A stretch of DNA of 64,000 bases from Octopus bimaculoides (lineage: Eukaryota): assembly GCF_001194135.2 (NCBI RefSeq), contig NC_068981.1, forward strand, positions 123,889,713 through 123,953,712, given 5' to 3'. A program made the translations under genes and the position numbers. The notes beneath the pieces are model-generated. The model searched no databases. It was given only the letters and a program-made list of their open reading frames with translations, and had not been told where the DNA came from. Below are positions 38,704 through 52,619 of this stretch, one piece after another (positions within the stretch are counted from its first letter, which is position 1; the number at the start of each line of letters is the position of its first letter).

Positions 38704-39395
38704 TGACAGTGAAGGGTTTATATAATGTAATCCATCGAGGGCTTTAGAAACCTATTCGCACCGGGCATGTTACCAAAACCTTCCAGCGAACCAAGGAATA
38801 TGATGAGCGTGGAAAGATCGATAAGCTGTATGGCACAGAGCGGTTAAAAATGAATTATGTAATATATTCAATATTGACGCTAATGTGTAAAATATAGCAC
38901 GAAGGAGCAAGAATAAAAATGTGGGAATATAAAGGGAAACGCCTAAAAATATGGATAAGAATTAGAAATGGAATATTTGTAGCCGTATTTACATGAGGTG
39001 TGAAATATGAAATAAAATATATATTTAATAAAGGAACCAAAAATTTCGTATGTTTCTATATATATGTGCGCGTAGGACTATGCATATTTAGGTAATGTGG
39101 CAAATTTAAAAACTGAGAGAGATTGAATAAATTTAAGTAAAAATAAATTAGAAATTTTTGCGTTTTGAGACTTTGGTATGTATCAGTATATATATAAGAG
39201 TGTATGTATACTTGCATATCTATAAATATATAAATATACAAGTGTATGTTTATGTTTATATGTGTGTATAAATATAACTGCATTTAAATATATAAATAGG
39301 TATATGTGTGCGTATGCGTGAGTTTATGTCTCTTTTTATATGTGTATATGTATGTATATATATATATATATATATATGTATAAATGTATGTATGT

Positions 39396-40029
39396 TATCA
39401 ATCAGTTTCATTTCTGTATTTCTTGTCCATAGAGAAAGAGCCGGACTCTAACATAGATTCAAGGCTCCTTCATTGGAACTTTTATCAACATCATCTAGGT
39501 ATTTGTGCATATGTGTGTGTGTGCAGTATTTGGTGTTAGTGTATGCGCAGATTTGTATGTTTGTTTTATGGATGCGTTTTTATGTCTAGATGCATGCATA
39601 TGTATTTACGTGCTAAATTTTTGGAAAGTTTTACATATCTTTACAGTTTCATTGATGGCTTGAATCTGTAGTCTTCTAATCAGCCTTTTTCTTTCAGGTT
39701 TTGAGAACCCTAATTTTTCCAGGTTTTTGTTAAGGCAGTTTGTTACATATCCCAATGCCCCAACAATCACGGGTATGAATCTGAACTTGTAGTCTGGGTG
39801 GAGTATCTGCAAATTTCTCAGTAGCTCGGCGTAGTTGTTCTCTTTTTCTCTAATCTTTAGTGGGATGTTGACATCCGCAGGACAGCTGATTTCTACTACT
39901 GTACAGAGTTTCTCTTCTCTGTCCCAGATTACAATATCCGGTCTATTATGTCTGCACTTTATTGAGGTTTTTATTGGGATATTCCACCAATACTCTTTCA
40001 TATTGTGAGTGGCAATGGCCTCTACCTCG
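39396..40029 (-). mobile_element. 5'-truncated R4/Dong-like non-LTR retrotransposon (RLE domain plus 3' UTR)
   Basis: Open ORF 39606-40001 has HNRPDIVIWD..VVEISCP.D.N...KENNY..L...PVIVGALG, a PD-(D/E)xK restriction-like endonuclease. The 3' UTR runs to ~39396, and TATG repeats flank both sides. Confidence 0.88.
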
Positions 40030-40715
40030 TATGTATGTATGTATGTATGTATGTATGTATGTATGTATGTATGTATGCATGCATGTATGTATGCGCGTGC
40101 ATGTGCCTGTTTATGTGTGTCTCTTTCCTAAGTATTGTATTTCTGTATCCGCTACCTACATTTATAGTTATATTTTCGATCAGTTTGAAAGAATAGTTTA
40201 CTTTTTACATTTTAATATCAACACTATCATTAAATTAATGTTTTTTTCTAAATTCCTCTATAGATCTAAAGAGTTTGCTACCTTAACAGATTCAAAATGG
40301 TGTATGAATAGTGTATATGCCATTCAGGTAATTGCATATACGCTACAACCACCTAGTGTTTCTCACAAAACCACCACATTTTACGTAAAACTGTCTATTT
40401 GCAATTTGATATTGGGTTAAATATCTTCTAGGTATGATAGGTTACAGACATTTTCTAGCTATTCAATAACAAGTCTATATAGATTGAGGTTGTTAACCGA
40501 GTCTATACAGAGAAGTTCGTAAGCCAAAGGAAAAAGATTAATCAAGAAACTATTGATATACGAACACTCACACATACATAAAACGCACATCAAAAATAGG
40601 AAAGAATATATGTATAAATATAAATTAATAAAAGCAGCGGTTTGCAACGTAATACCCTAAAGGAAAATTATAGTCGTCTGCTAAACTTGACTATGAGTGT
40701 AAATAACACCTACAT

Positions 40716-41096
40716 TGCTAGAAATAGGGGCTAAATGGTCCAATTCTGTTAAAAAGCGCATAACATATTCTCTGATAGGGTCTACAATCGCTTCGAACAC
40801 AGAAACGAGAATTCCTTAGACTGACCGGCCAGTTCCGGCAATTTCCGTTGCTATCTTCAGTAAGGCCAGCTCGTTCGTTGATTCTGGTTAGCTCGTCTAT
40901 CAGAGTATATATATTCACCATGAAAAGGTATGGATTGTTTAGCAGGTCGCTAAAGTGTATACAAAGTATTAATAAAAACAGCTGTTTGCGACGTCATACC
41001 GTAAAGAAAAATTATAGTCATCAATATGGGTGTTCGGGGTGATTGCAGCCCCTATCAGAGTATATGTTATGTGCATTTTAGCTCCTATTTCTAGCA
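40716..41096. mobile_element. MITE-like element with ~70-85-bp imperfect TIRs
   Basis: tgctagaaataggggctaaa...cataacatattctctgatagggtctacaatc..cgaacac (40716-40800) vs gtgttcg..gattgcagcccctatcagagtatatgttatg..tttagctcctatttctagca (41030-41096). Confidence 0.7.
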
Positions 41097-41140
41097 GGGT
41101 AGGCGTTATTCACACATTTAGTCAAGTTTAGTTGACGACT

Positions 41141-41179
<39 letters not shown>

Positions 41180-41300
41180 AGATAATGAGTCAATTAATAT
41201 ATCATGATATATTAAATACATTATTATATAGCTGGCTATATCAATTATAACCAAAGACACAACATTCATAGATAAGGATGCAGAACAGCATCTGCAGTTA

Positions 41301-41484
41301 CTAGAAATAAGAGCTAAAATATATAACTCGAATAGCCACACAAAATCAACAACCTCAGGTTAATCATTGTCATTTTGTGTGGTTATTCGATGTTGTGGAT
41401 TGCAGCTCGCAGTCCCTGTATACCTCATGAGTTTGGTGGATTTTGTGTGACAATTCAAGATATATTTTTAGCTCTTATTTCTAG
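41301..41484. mobile_element. Second MITE-like element with a related terminal motif and inner hairpin
   Basis: ctagaaataagagctaaaatatat (41301-24) / atatatttttagctcttatttctag (41460-84). Inner inverted repeat at 41329-46 / 41372-89. Confidence 0.65.
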
Positions 41485-44400
41485 CAATTACATGTGTTAT
41501 TTTGCACCCTTATTTATGTATGTATATATATATATATATATATATATNNNNNNNNNNNNNNNNNNNNNNNNNNNNNNNNNNNNNNNNNNNNNNNNNNNNN
41601 NNNNNNNNNNNNNNNNNNNNNNNNNNNNNNNNNNNNNNNNNNNNNNNNNNNNNNNNNNNNNNNNNNNNNNNNNNNNNNNNNNNNNNNNNNNNNNNNNNNN
41701 NNNNNNNNNNNNNNNNNNNNNNNNNNNNNNNNNNNNNNNNNNNNNNNNNNNNNNNNNNNNNNNNNNNNNNNNNNNNNNNNNNNNNNNNNNNNNNNNNNNN
41801 NNNNNNNNNNNNNNNNNNNNNNNNNNNNNNNNNNNNNNNNNNNNNNNNNNNNNNNNNNNNNNNNNNNNNNNNNNNNNNNNNNNNNNNNNNNNNNNNNNNN
41901 NNNNNNNNNNNNNNNNNNNNNNNNNNNNNNNNNNNNNNNTATATATATATATATATGTACTCTTTCCTATTTTTGATTATTTGAAATATTTCAGTAAGGA
42001 AAAAGTTGCTTTCTAACAAGAATGCAAAACTCCATTTTAGGAATATAGGTATCAAAAACAAATTCTCAGTTTGAACTTGAGAAAAGTTTCACAAAATTGT
42101 TACTGTTTCGCTCGTAGATTGTATTAATAATGCTCGAGTTAGCCGGTTATTTCTTTTTCTGAAAACTCCAGGTTAACCAGATTATTACTTCGAGATTTAC
42201 TCACAAAACGAACTACATTAATTATTGGTACAAATGTGAATTTATAATCTGGAGGTTTCGAGACTGTTGTCCATTGTTATCCTGTTTCTCTACAGTTTTT
42301 GGAAGAGACGTTTTCATCAGCAAGGCAGCTGACTCTTATGACGGTGCATACGTTTTTTTTTTCCTTTTTTTGCCTATTCAAAATAACAGCATCGACTTCT
42401 TATGCGTGTAGAAATTTTAATGGGAATGCTTCACCAATATTCCTTGTGTTCATGTTTATGTATCTATTCAATAATGGCGCGGTGGGGTCTCTATATTAAT
42501 CTCAGGAAAGTCTTTTGGATGGCATTGTATATTACTTTAGTGTCGCACTAAGAAGTAGTGCCATAATGACATCTTTGAGCAACTGCTAATCACATGTGAC
42601 CTCTTCCAATCTAGTGGAACATAATCTACATTATATAGAGAGGAAAAGAGATGGGGAGAAAAGGAGACATAAGGAAAACATAAAGATTGAAGATGCACTA
42701 TCAATGATTTAGTTAGCTTACACTTGTTTCGAAAAGTTTGGCACAGCTCAAAGCGCTGCACATTGCAGCATAAATTTTAATAGATCCTTCATTTCACAGG
42801 CTAAATTGCCATAGATACAAAGCATGTAACCGCCATACTATTGTTTTCAAAGCCAGAATGCTTCTACTAAATTTTGTATTCAGTTAAATAATGTGGAGGA
42901 GGTTTACAAGCAATAAATTCTAGACCACTGTCTCCATTTTATTGTCCATTGCTCCTGTCACAAGCATAAGGAAATATCTTTCTCATTCATTTTAGTTTAA
43001 TGACTGCTTGTTGTTGTATGTATCCCACTAAGATAGAATTGTAACTCAGTCTATGATGTTGTTAAGTGCAACTTAATTAATAGTAGAGGACAGAATGAAT
43101 TTACTAGAACTATAAAAGAAAATCAGTATCTACTACGAAAAATATGCTTTTGACTGTTGGAGGAATTCATATTGAGTAAAATTATATTACATAAAATATA
43201 TAAATAAATAAAACATGCCATATGCAGGCACTTTTACATGCACGCACGCACACACACACAGACACACACACACATACACACACACACATACACACATACA
43301 CACGCGCGCGCACAAATACACACAAACACAAACAAACACGTACGCATGCACACATGCAAGTATGCACACACTAGTGTGCGCATGTGTGCGTTTCGGGTTG
43401 GATCCTTCTTCTGGCTGGCTTTAAACTAGCTCAGCATGACAATTATTTCTTTTTAATAGTATCTATATGACCATACTCAGACAGTTACTGAGAAGTATTG
43501 TATTGATGCATGGTTCTACGCTTGCAACAAGATGAACTGAAACGTATGGAAAATATGCCATGAGAATTTATACTTAATCTGATGGGTTATTAGCTGTGTG
43601 TTCTTGCGTAGTTGTAAGCTGTTGTGTTTCAAAAGTGTTCGCTTGTTGTATAGAATGATTGTGACTTAATGCTACTGAAATAGCCTAGATTGTCATAATC
43701 CCATTGAAGAATGTTTTCGAAGTACCTGATAATAGAAGCTATGCAAATATGGTGAGTGGAATACCTGGGTAGCGTTTGGATGACGTCTCTGCGTGGAAGG
43801 ATGACTGAATGAAGATGTCATTTTTGTAGCAGTTATTAGCGTACACAAAATACAATCTAATAAGCCACACTATCTGTTACAGTCACAGTCTTTTATTATT
43901 TTCGATTCACTTATTCTAACACTTATCTGTATACTCAGCTGGGGACGCGTTGAGCTTCTCGTGTCACATAAAATCTACCCTATCATAATCTGTATCAGTT
44001 TGTTGTCTTGAAACCAATTACGAAGTTACTAAATGACTTATACACGAGAAGTTATCTAATTTACGGTATTTAACACTCAGTGTCAGAATCTTTCTTTCAA
44101 CTTTTAGACTTCATTAACTGATTTAAATTTTTAGCCTGAAAACTTTATGACAATATGATTATCAATGATAAAGACTTTTAGGAAATAATGTAAGAGTTAC
44201 ATAAAACTAAAGCGATTATCAGAAGTTTCTGTGAGATTTTCCACATCAAATTTAGATTTGAGTTTCTATTCTACGTAAGCTGTGTGATATATATTATTCA
44301 ACGGAGAATAAGATTGTTGCATATCATCAGAGTTAGAGACTCTAAATTCCAGGTTTTAACTAAAGTTAATTGACGTAAATTTAGACATTGGTATTCAGCA

Positions 44401-45129
44401 AATTTGCAAGTCATTAAAAATGTTTCTTTTCAAGTTACATACGTCATTGCCGGGTATTTTGATTAAATCTGCAACGTCAGCACCATTTTAGTAAATTAGT
44501 TTATCCATGAATTACACTCATCGAAGTTTTCTGATCTGACAACCACGGGGAATCTGCAACATCAGTCTTTTCTTAACTCTGCTACTGCTACATCAAAGAC
44601 GAGCAAAATGAAGCAGGTAATGATGGATTTGATTGTCTTAGACTCATAGAAGACAGGAAAGATTTTAAAAGTGGCTTGACTATGGATATTACTGTTATTC
44701 TTATGTATATGGATAGTGTATTAATGTATTAGAAATAAATAGTGTTCGTAAAATACCAATGAATTATAATGCATGATTTCAATGTGAGCCTATGTCTGTG
44801 TTGATTTGTTGTTCAGTGTGTAACTTGAGAAACCACTTGGTTAAGAGCAGGCAACACAAAAATAGAGTCTAGAGATAGATAATTCATTTAAGATTGTCAA
44901 TCTGGATTGTAGTCATTCTACAACCTGAAAATTCATTCATTTTTCACGGTTTAATCTGTTACAACGGATATATCTTATAGTGGCCACTCGACATAGCGAA
45001 CAAGTTTCCCATGTAAAAAGAAATGACACATAGAATACTGTGGTGCCAAATTCCTCTTGACTAAAGAGAGGTATAATGTTGACTGGAAATATTTCGATTT
45101 ATGTCTGCTTGGTCATGCTACATCTAGGA

Positions 45130-45360
45130 CTAAATCACAATAATAATTACAGCAACAAGTAGTTTTATTCTTCTTTACTTCCTCCGCCTTTGTTCATTCC
45201 ACAAAATTCACACGACAATCAGACTTGTTATCCAGGATTCCGGTATGCCATATCTCATGGAAATTCCTGCAGTCAAGATTGAGATCCATTTAACACATTC
45301 AAGTTTGTTGCTAATTGTGTAGAGAGAATATGCTGTCAGGAGAATCTTCCTGTGTATTCA
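45130..45360 (-). mobile_element. LINE reverse-transcriptase N-terminal remnant
   Basis: Minus frame ...RYGIPESWITSLIVV resembles RT domain 0 (G.+P..W..S.IVP+.K). Confidence 0.35.
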
Positions 45361-48300
45361 AGGGAATCTGTATAATATTGGTAACCAATGGTGACTAATA
45401 AGCGTGAAATAAACGCTATACTGGCACACCGTCAACAAAGAAGCCTCAGTCTGGTCGCTCAACCTACAAGAAATAGTAGTTAAATTTCCCTTTACTATCT
45501 TTAAAGAGATGATATTTAACATTTCATTGAATAATGTAGTATTACATATCTGATACCTATAAAAAAAATAAGAAAAAGAAAAAAGATACGACTGTCATGG
45601 TTGAAACACTTTATCTTTGAGCTCTTTCATCACCGTTGACCAGGGGTAAGAACGCATCACTAAATTATGCTTAAAAGACTTCTCATACCAGTGGTCAATG
45701 CAGACGAATTGAGTAATCAAAGTAAACTAAGAACTATTTCATCAGGAAGTAGTTGAATCAAACATACCTTCCATAGAATATCTTTCGTTCATATATGAGC
45801 TGGCACGTATCCATGCATTGGAGTATATTCCGAGTAAGTTATAAGTTGGTCAATCAAATATGTGTAACTTTTATCTGCTATTCTTTAATACAATGATATT
45901 TTTCAATCTCTTCTTTTGTTTCTTCCTACTACCAACGTAACACGTGGTACTTTTCAGAAATTGCAACATTCAAATGATTATTGTTCTGTTCTTGCACCTT
46001 CCATCTATAGTTTTTGTCTCTTCCATTCCGCGTTATAATGAAATCTAATTTTTAATCACTAAATTAACTGAACCACTTACTATTGACATTAATCCTGTCA
46101 TTCAATAACAAAGAATAATTGAAGTACGCGCAACTGTTCTTGTTTAGACCCAGTCATAACTATTCTTTCTTTTTTCAGGCGTAATATTTATATATCTAGT
46201 ACAACAATTTTTGTCTCATTCTTTGTTGTGTTTAACCTTAGCTCAGACCTGATTCAGTAGGTTGCGTTCAATGTTATTCCTGTAGTAATTAATCTGTCTT
46301 TTATTCAGGCATTGTATCTAATACGTCATGGTCGAATCTTTCCTTCCATTTTTGATACAATTGTAAGTGTTTTGAAGGAGATTCACTCGACTATTTCTAG
46401 CAAGTCAGCCGATAACATAAAATTTCTTTCGCTGGTTCGTGATTCTTCATGGTTTGACTACGCTCAGTTTTATAAGGCAATGTACAAGTAGACCTTCGTA
46501 ACTAAGATTATGTCAACTAAATTTAGTTACAGATAGCTGATTCTGTTCCATCAAAACCTCGGCGCAGTTTGTTCAACCAATTCATTTAGACATACTGACT
46601 CGATTCCATTATGAAAGGAATTACGTAAGCACAGCACTTACTAACAAAGATATCTCAGCGCAAGTGAGCTGTGTAGAAGCTTTGCTTTCGTTACGAATTA
46701 TGGTAGGAGTTCTGACACAATATCCATGTTTCAACTCTACCATCGCTGCTTCAGGCAACACACTGGTGAGATGGCTGAATGGATAAGGTAGGATCGAGCA
46801 ATCTATTCATAAATTCTAACTTCAAATTTGCTCCTATTGTTGTTGCTGCTGTTGTTGCGGTTGTTTTTATTCTTGTTGTTTTTGGACAAAGCAATTTTTC
46901 TATATTACGTCAGTCCATCTTGCTATTGGAAAGAAAGGTTTTTTTCAAAATAGGGTTATTACCTGATGTAAATCATTGTCTTATTCCGTGGGAGATACAT
47001 TTTTCATTTGCTTTAAGTCATGAAACGGAAGCTAACCACCAACACATAAAATCTCATGGGATCCGTTTAAACTTTTGTGCTATGCACACATTAACTTGTT
47101 ATGAATGTCGCAATGTGTTTGTTCTATCTTTTATATTTATGAGCAGACGGCCTCTCCGATTTGTATTTATTATGATTTTAGTCTCTAAGTAGCTGAAATT
47201 TCTGATAATAATGACAATATTCATCAAATTGTTGGGAATCTCACAGAGTAAACATTCAAAGCTGTGGTAATTAAATTATGGGAACAGTGCAAAGGTATAG
47301 CTTTATTTCATTTTATTTTGTTCAAGGAAAAAAGATAATAAATGAAGTTTATCATTGCACACTCCAGATAAGATTGATTAAGACATGAGATGAAAAATTT
47401 TTTAAAACATTAATAATGTGAGTTAAATAAAATTTAATATGATACCTCGAAAGAATATTGACAGCTGTTAGACATACAAATATAAACATGTCATTTATAA
47501 TATCACAAATTACGGTTTTGTTGAAATCATTTTATAGTGTTTGACAAGAGTAAATGTTTTCTTTAGTTCTTCCATGAATTATTCTGAAGGAAACTAATTT
47601 ACACTATGAGGAGTTTCATTCATATTTTTATTGCAGCTCACTTTCGTGACATATTTCTCAAAAATACTTCACGCATTTCTTCTTTTTTCTTTGTTGCCCA
47701 CATTATACTTTTCATTGATTTCAACATTGATTACAGTTAAGGCAATATTAGAAGTAGAAATAAATCTGTTACTGTTTCTCACTAGTATGCAGTTACCCGT
47801 AGGCAGATGAAATAAGCAATGTCAATCTCAATGCGATAAGGGACAAAACTAGTTGCAGAGAGGAAATAGGTACACTAATGCAGACTTTCTGCCACATCTC
47901 GTACTCGCATTTATATCCAATTATTATTGATTTATTACTTACAAGTGGTGTAACAAAAATAGTAGTGCTTCATCAAATATTTTTTAGTTATTAATTACGT
48001 TGCTTTTACATTCTAAGTTCAAATTGCATTGCAGTTGACTGTGCCCTCCATCCTTCCAGCGTCGGTGGAATACACTCCAAGTCCGTTAAAGGATAGATTA
48101 AACTACATCTGTAACTAAAAACTTTGTGGCTTTGTGACGAAGTGAGAAATTATTACTTTCTTATATAATGCAAACTCGAATTGGTTTCGATTTCTTGTTG
48201 ATCCAATTCATTTCCTTCTTTAAAATTGATAAGTTTAACAACTCCAATGTTTTTATATTTCGCATTAAAAATAGTTGGGAACTTTTTGCCCTATGTGATT

Positions 48301-49564
48301 TAACTGTAGTTAAAAGAGGGTTACGAACGAGAATGAACAAATCCAATTTGCAATAAATATGTTGGAAGCGAATTAAAAGGGCGGTAACATGACAAAACTA
48401 ATATGAATGAATTTCACATTATATACATTAATACTGTGTAACCATGAAGTTACGGGTCTCGATTGAAATGAATTCATATGACGTCAGATGTTTACAACAA
48501 TCCAAAGGGCTTAAATATTTTAGCCTGCCGTTCGTTTGTTTTTTTTTTTCACTTATAAATCCGATGCTTTCTGTTTTATTAATTACATTCTTTAATACGA
48601 TGTTTGTTCTTCGTTAGTAACTGTTATTTCCTATTTGCTAACTCCTAGAGCGTATGAAAAATGGCTAATATTTCCTTCAAACTTCACTTTTGTTATATTT
48701 ATTCAATCCCCAAAGAATCATTCTAGACAGTTCCATTTAATAAGTAAATAATAATAATTTCTCACTTCGCCAGAAAGCTACAAAATTTTTAGTAACAGAT
48801 GTAGTTTAATCTATCCTCTAACGGACTTGAAGTGAAATAATGCTTACTGACCAAAAACAAAAAGAAAGGAAAATTATGTTACACAGTGTTATTAACACTA
48901 AGGAAAAATGAGGAAAAACTTGTGAAAGCATTTTACCACTTCTTCAAAAATCGCATTAATATTTACAAGACTTGTTGACTGAATCAAAACTTGTATATAC
49001 AGGACGTGATTGGCTAAATCGATAAAACACAGGTTAACTAGGCAAGGCCTTAGCAACTCATATCATCCATTACTGAAGCCTCACCTCAGTAATTCAACAT
49101 ACAACTCGTAACACAGTCTGGCACTGTAGGTTATATCCAGAGCCAAGACAAAACTTTCAACGGTCATAAGTGCGCATTGATCCTACGCATAGCGCTAAAT
49201 TTACTTTAAGAACATGCTTTCTTCCTCAACTATGCAAATGAGGACTTCTTTCATTGCCCACTAAGCTTCCATGCCATCTAAGCACAATCCATATGCAATT
49301 TAGACACCTCAACCGATATATGTATTGAATCCAGGAACAGAGATCTCGGAAACAACTCCTAATGAGATCACCCTAATTTTGTATTTTTCAACTGTACAAA
49401 TACACATGCATTATACATATGAAGAAAACATCACATTTTATCCACTAAACATAAACAGAGCACAGCTAAAACTATGAAAGTTGCTAAAACTGCTTGGCCT
49501 CATCGTCCCTAAGAAACTCTCCTGGGGACCGCACATCCTCAACGTAAATTACGATTGCATCATC

Positions 49565-49618
49565 TTCTTTATTAGAGGCTTATCTTCCTTATTAGAGGCT
49601 TATCTTCCTTATTAGAGG
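49565..49618. repeat. 20-bp tandem repeat (~2.7 copies)
   Basis: Unit cttattagaggcttatcttc repeated. Confidence 0.85.
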
Positions 49619-49649
49619 TAGATCGTTCTTCACCCCAGGCACAACAAAT

Positions 49650-49860
49650 ATTGACTTCAAATTTTAGCACAAGGCCAGCAATTTCGGGAGAGGGGATAAG
49701 TTGATTACATCGACCCCAGCACTCAACTGGTATATATTTAATCAACTCCGAAAAAATAAAAGGCAAAATCGACCTCGGCGGAATTTGAACTCAGATCGTA
49801 TAGACGGATGAAATGCCGATAAGCATTTTATCCGCGGCATGCAAATGATTCTGCCAGCTG
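49650..49860 (-). mobile_element. SINE family A
   Basis: ttttagcacaaggccagcaatttcggg...cgaccccagcactcaactggta...gacctcggcggaatttgaactcaga...gattctgccagct. Confidence 0.9.
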
Positions 49861-52199
49861 ATTCCCTTCCCACAACAAATATTGACATTCTACAAAGCTC
49901 AGCTTCTACAACAGTGGTAGTGGTGCTGTGGTTAGAAACACACGTATTCAATACAGTATAGAAAGAAGCGCCATGCAACTAATTGGCAAGAAGTTATTCA
50001 CAACACACTCGAACGTTTAACGCACAAGTGTGCCGCCTCTCTCTCTATCTATCTATCTATCTATCTATCTCTCTATCTCTCTCTCTCTTTCTCTCTCTCT
50101 ATCTCTCTCTTTCTCTCTCTCTCTCTGGCTTTTGTACTATAACTGCAATGGCCTCGGCTCTTCGGAGATTGTGGCTCTTATACTACCTCCACTCAGACAC
50201 TTTCGACAAATTTATTTCTGTCTTCTCTAGGGCGAGGAACACTTCCTCCATTTAACACTATTGTAATCGTCTTAGCTTTCATCTGCTGGAAACATCAAAC
50301 GAAGGAAAGATGTGCTACTTTTCTACTTTATGACGAAAATTGACAGAAACGAGGAAACTTCTACGTGTTCACTCTACCTGCTAGAAATAGCAGTCAGATC
50401 TCCTTCGTAGCACACTCCATCTGTTTAAGAGAAAATGGTCACATCACTAGTTACTCCAAGTAAAAGTAAAAGTTTATACACTCACTTCCTTTTATCTTCT
50501 CAACAGCGTTTGTATTTATGGCGGAAATATAATTTTAGAGAAGACATGAAGTCGTGATAACACTGTGCTGCATACGAAAATATTCCATGATCTAACAATC
50601 AAACACATTACTAGTGATATGGTGATGTATTTACTCAAATATTTTAAAAGAAAATGGGAAAACAGTAATTTGTTTTTTATACCATTTAATAAATGAAATT
50701 ATTACTGACAGTCTGCAAATGACTCCAGCACCTTATATTGAAATAAAGTTTATATAAAGTTTAAAAGAAAATATTTTGCAATACGAGGGTGTTAAAAATA
50801 ACAGCTCTAAAATATTTATTTATTTCTATTTTACTTTAGATTCCATTTCAATAATATAATATTCCCCGTATTATAGTCATATTCAATCAGTTTCGCTTGT
50901 GTGTATAAGCATCTCTATCTATCCATCTATGCATCTATCTACTCATTTATCCATCTATTCGCCTACCTATCAGTCAGTCACTGTCTAGCTATCTATCTCA
51001 GAAAGAGATATTTTTGGAATCCTTCTGTCGATGCTCTAGGGATAATTACATTACATGTAATATTGTCTGTTGTAGTGTTCTATGTAAACGAGCTGACTTA
51101 AATTATTATATTCTTCACTGGTCACGAACTTCAAAGAAATTTACATCAATACAGCCAAAAATATACCTGAACTACTGTGACTCAGATATGACTCCAAGTA
51201 TAGTCTGTTGTGTCATTCGAGCATAATATTAACACATCAGATGATGTTTGAAACAACAGTAACTTTTCTCATGTCTGCCTTGTTCAACTTCAGAACTTAC
51301 CGTATCAAAGGACTTGCATTTAGTATTCTTTTAGCCCATTTTCTGAATAATAATTCGACTAGGAAATAAGTGACGCAAACATGCACTAACCGATGTATAT
51401 ATGTTTATATGAACTTTTTGTAGACATGATCAAGAAAAAGTAAATTCAGACGAATTAACTTTGATGCATATAACTAGTGTACTACCTATAAAATTATATT
51501 AATATATGAGACGATTTCCAACTCACATGACGGTACTCATGTCTGTTTATAGTGATAAGTGAAATATGTAGTACGTAATATGAGACACAGTGAGGGTGAC
51601 AGAAAAACAAATGAACTTTGTTTTGTATAACGTTCTCGAATACATTTTTGGTCAGTCCAAAGTTAGTGTTTGTGGTACCATCTATGTTTGAGGTGTTGGC
51701 CAGTAACTAATTCTATTTCAAAGCACTTTTTATTCAAAGGACAGTTGTTGGAGGATTTGAAGTTACATGATCAGTTCGGGAACCTGAAGTTAAATGATTG
51801 GTTCGGTGTGTGCCTAACAATATTTTTCTTATTATGTTTGAATATCCTCAAATTCCCTAATATATATAATAGGGAAAATATTAATTCGCCACTCCATTCA
51901 TTCGGAACTACTACCACAAGGTATTTTACCTGGCACTTTAATGACTGTACTATTTCGTCACCTTCGACTAGGATACACTCTGAAAAGTGAAGGCTGAGAA
52001 TATGAAAGTGATTAGTCACGTGAAAATAAATTTGAAAAATTTATTTTTTGTTTGTTATTTTATATCATTGCAACGTTGGACGTGGTGAATATCACGGACA
52101 GATAAAATAGAAGGATGACCTGAACGATGTTTATTGCTTAGTGGTCTAGTAGCTTCGTAATTCTTAATTACTTTGGCAACTGTGTTTACGCTAATATGA

Positions 52200-52619
52200 G
52201 CAAATTAAAAATAATTTTTCTCAAATCTTCAGACAATTTTTTCCCTTTTGATGCCATTTTAATCACAATGAAGAAGATTTTCACCACGGGACAAAAATCA
52301 GAATCCCTGCAGATGCATTGTTATGATGACCAGCGGAAAAATGCCAGGAGAAATGATTTATTAAAATTGATATTATCAGCAATATCTAAACTTTGTAAAA
52401 GAAAATGTGGATAAAATATTGAATATAGCAAATTTCCTTTAGGGTGTACATATTTTTATAACGTTTGAAAACTAATATTTCGCTCTTATCTTTCAAAACG
52501 CTTTATTGTTTTGTGTATAATATATTTTATTGAGTGTATATATCCTACAATATTATCAGAGTAATGGCAATTTTATTGAAATATTTTAGGGGTGTACATA
52601 CTTCTGTAAGATACTGTAT
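52200..52619 (+). mobile_element. Tc1-like 3' end remnant
   Basis: Terminus ggggtgtacatacttctgtaagatactg|TA is a typical Tc1 TIR (reverse complement of CAGTATCTCACAAAAGT..GTACACCCC). Confidence 0.5.

Noticed and set aside
42250-42325. Minus-strand CTGATGA ... CGAAAC pair
   Set aside because: No stem II complementarity and no UH or stem I.
46779-47192. 137-aa ORF with a hydrophobic stretch
   Set aside because: The hydrophobic part derives from a (GTT/GCT)n low-complexity tract and shows no homology.
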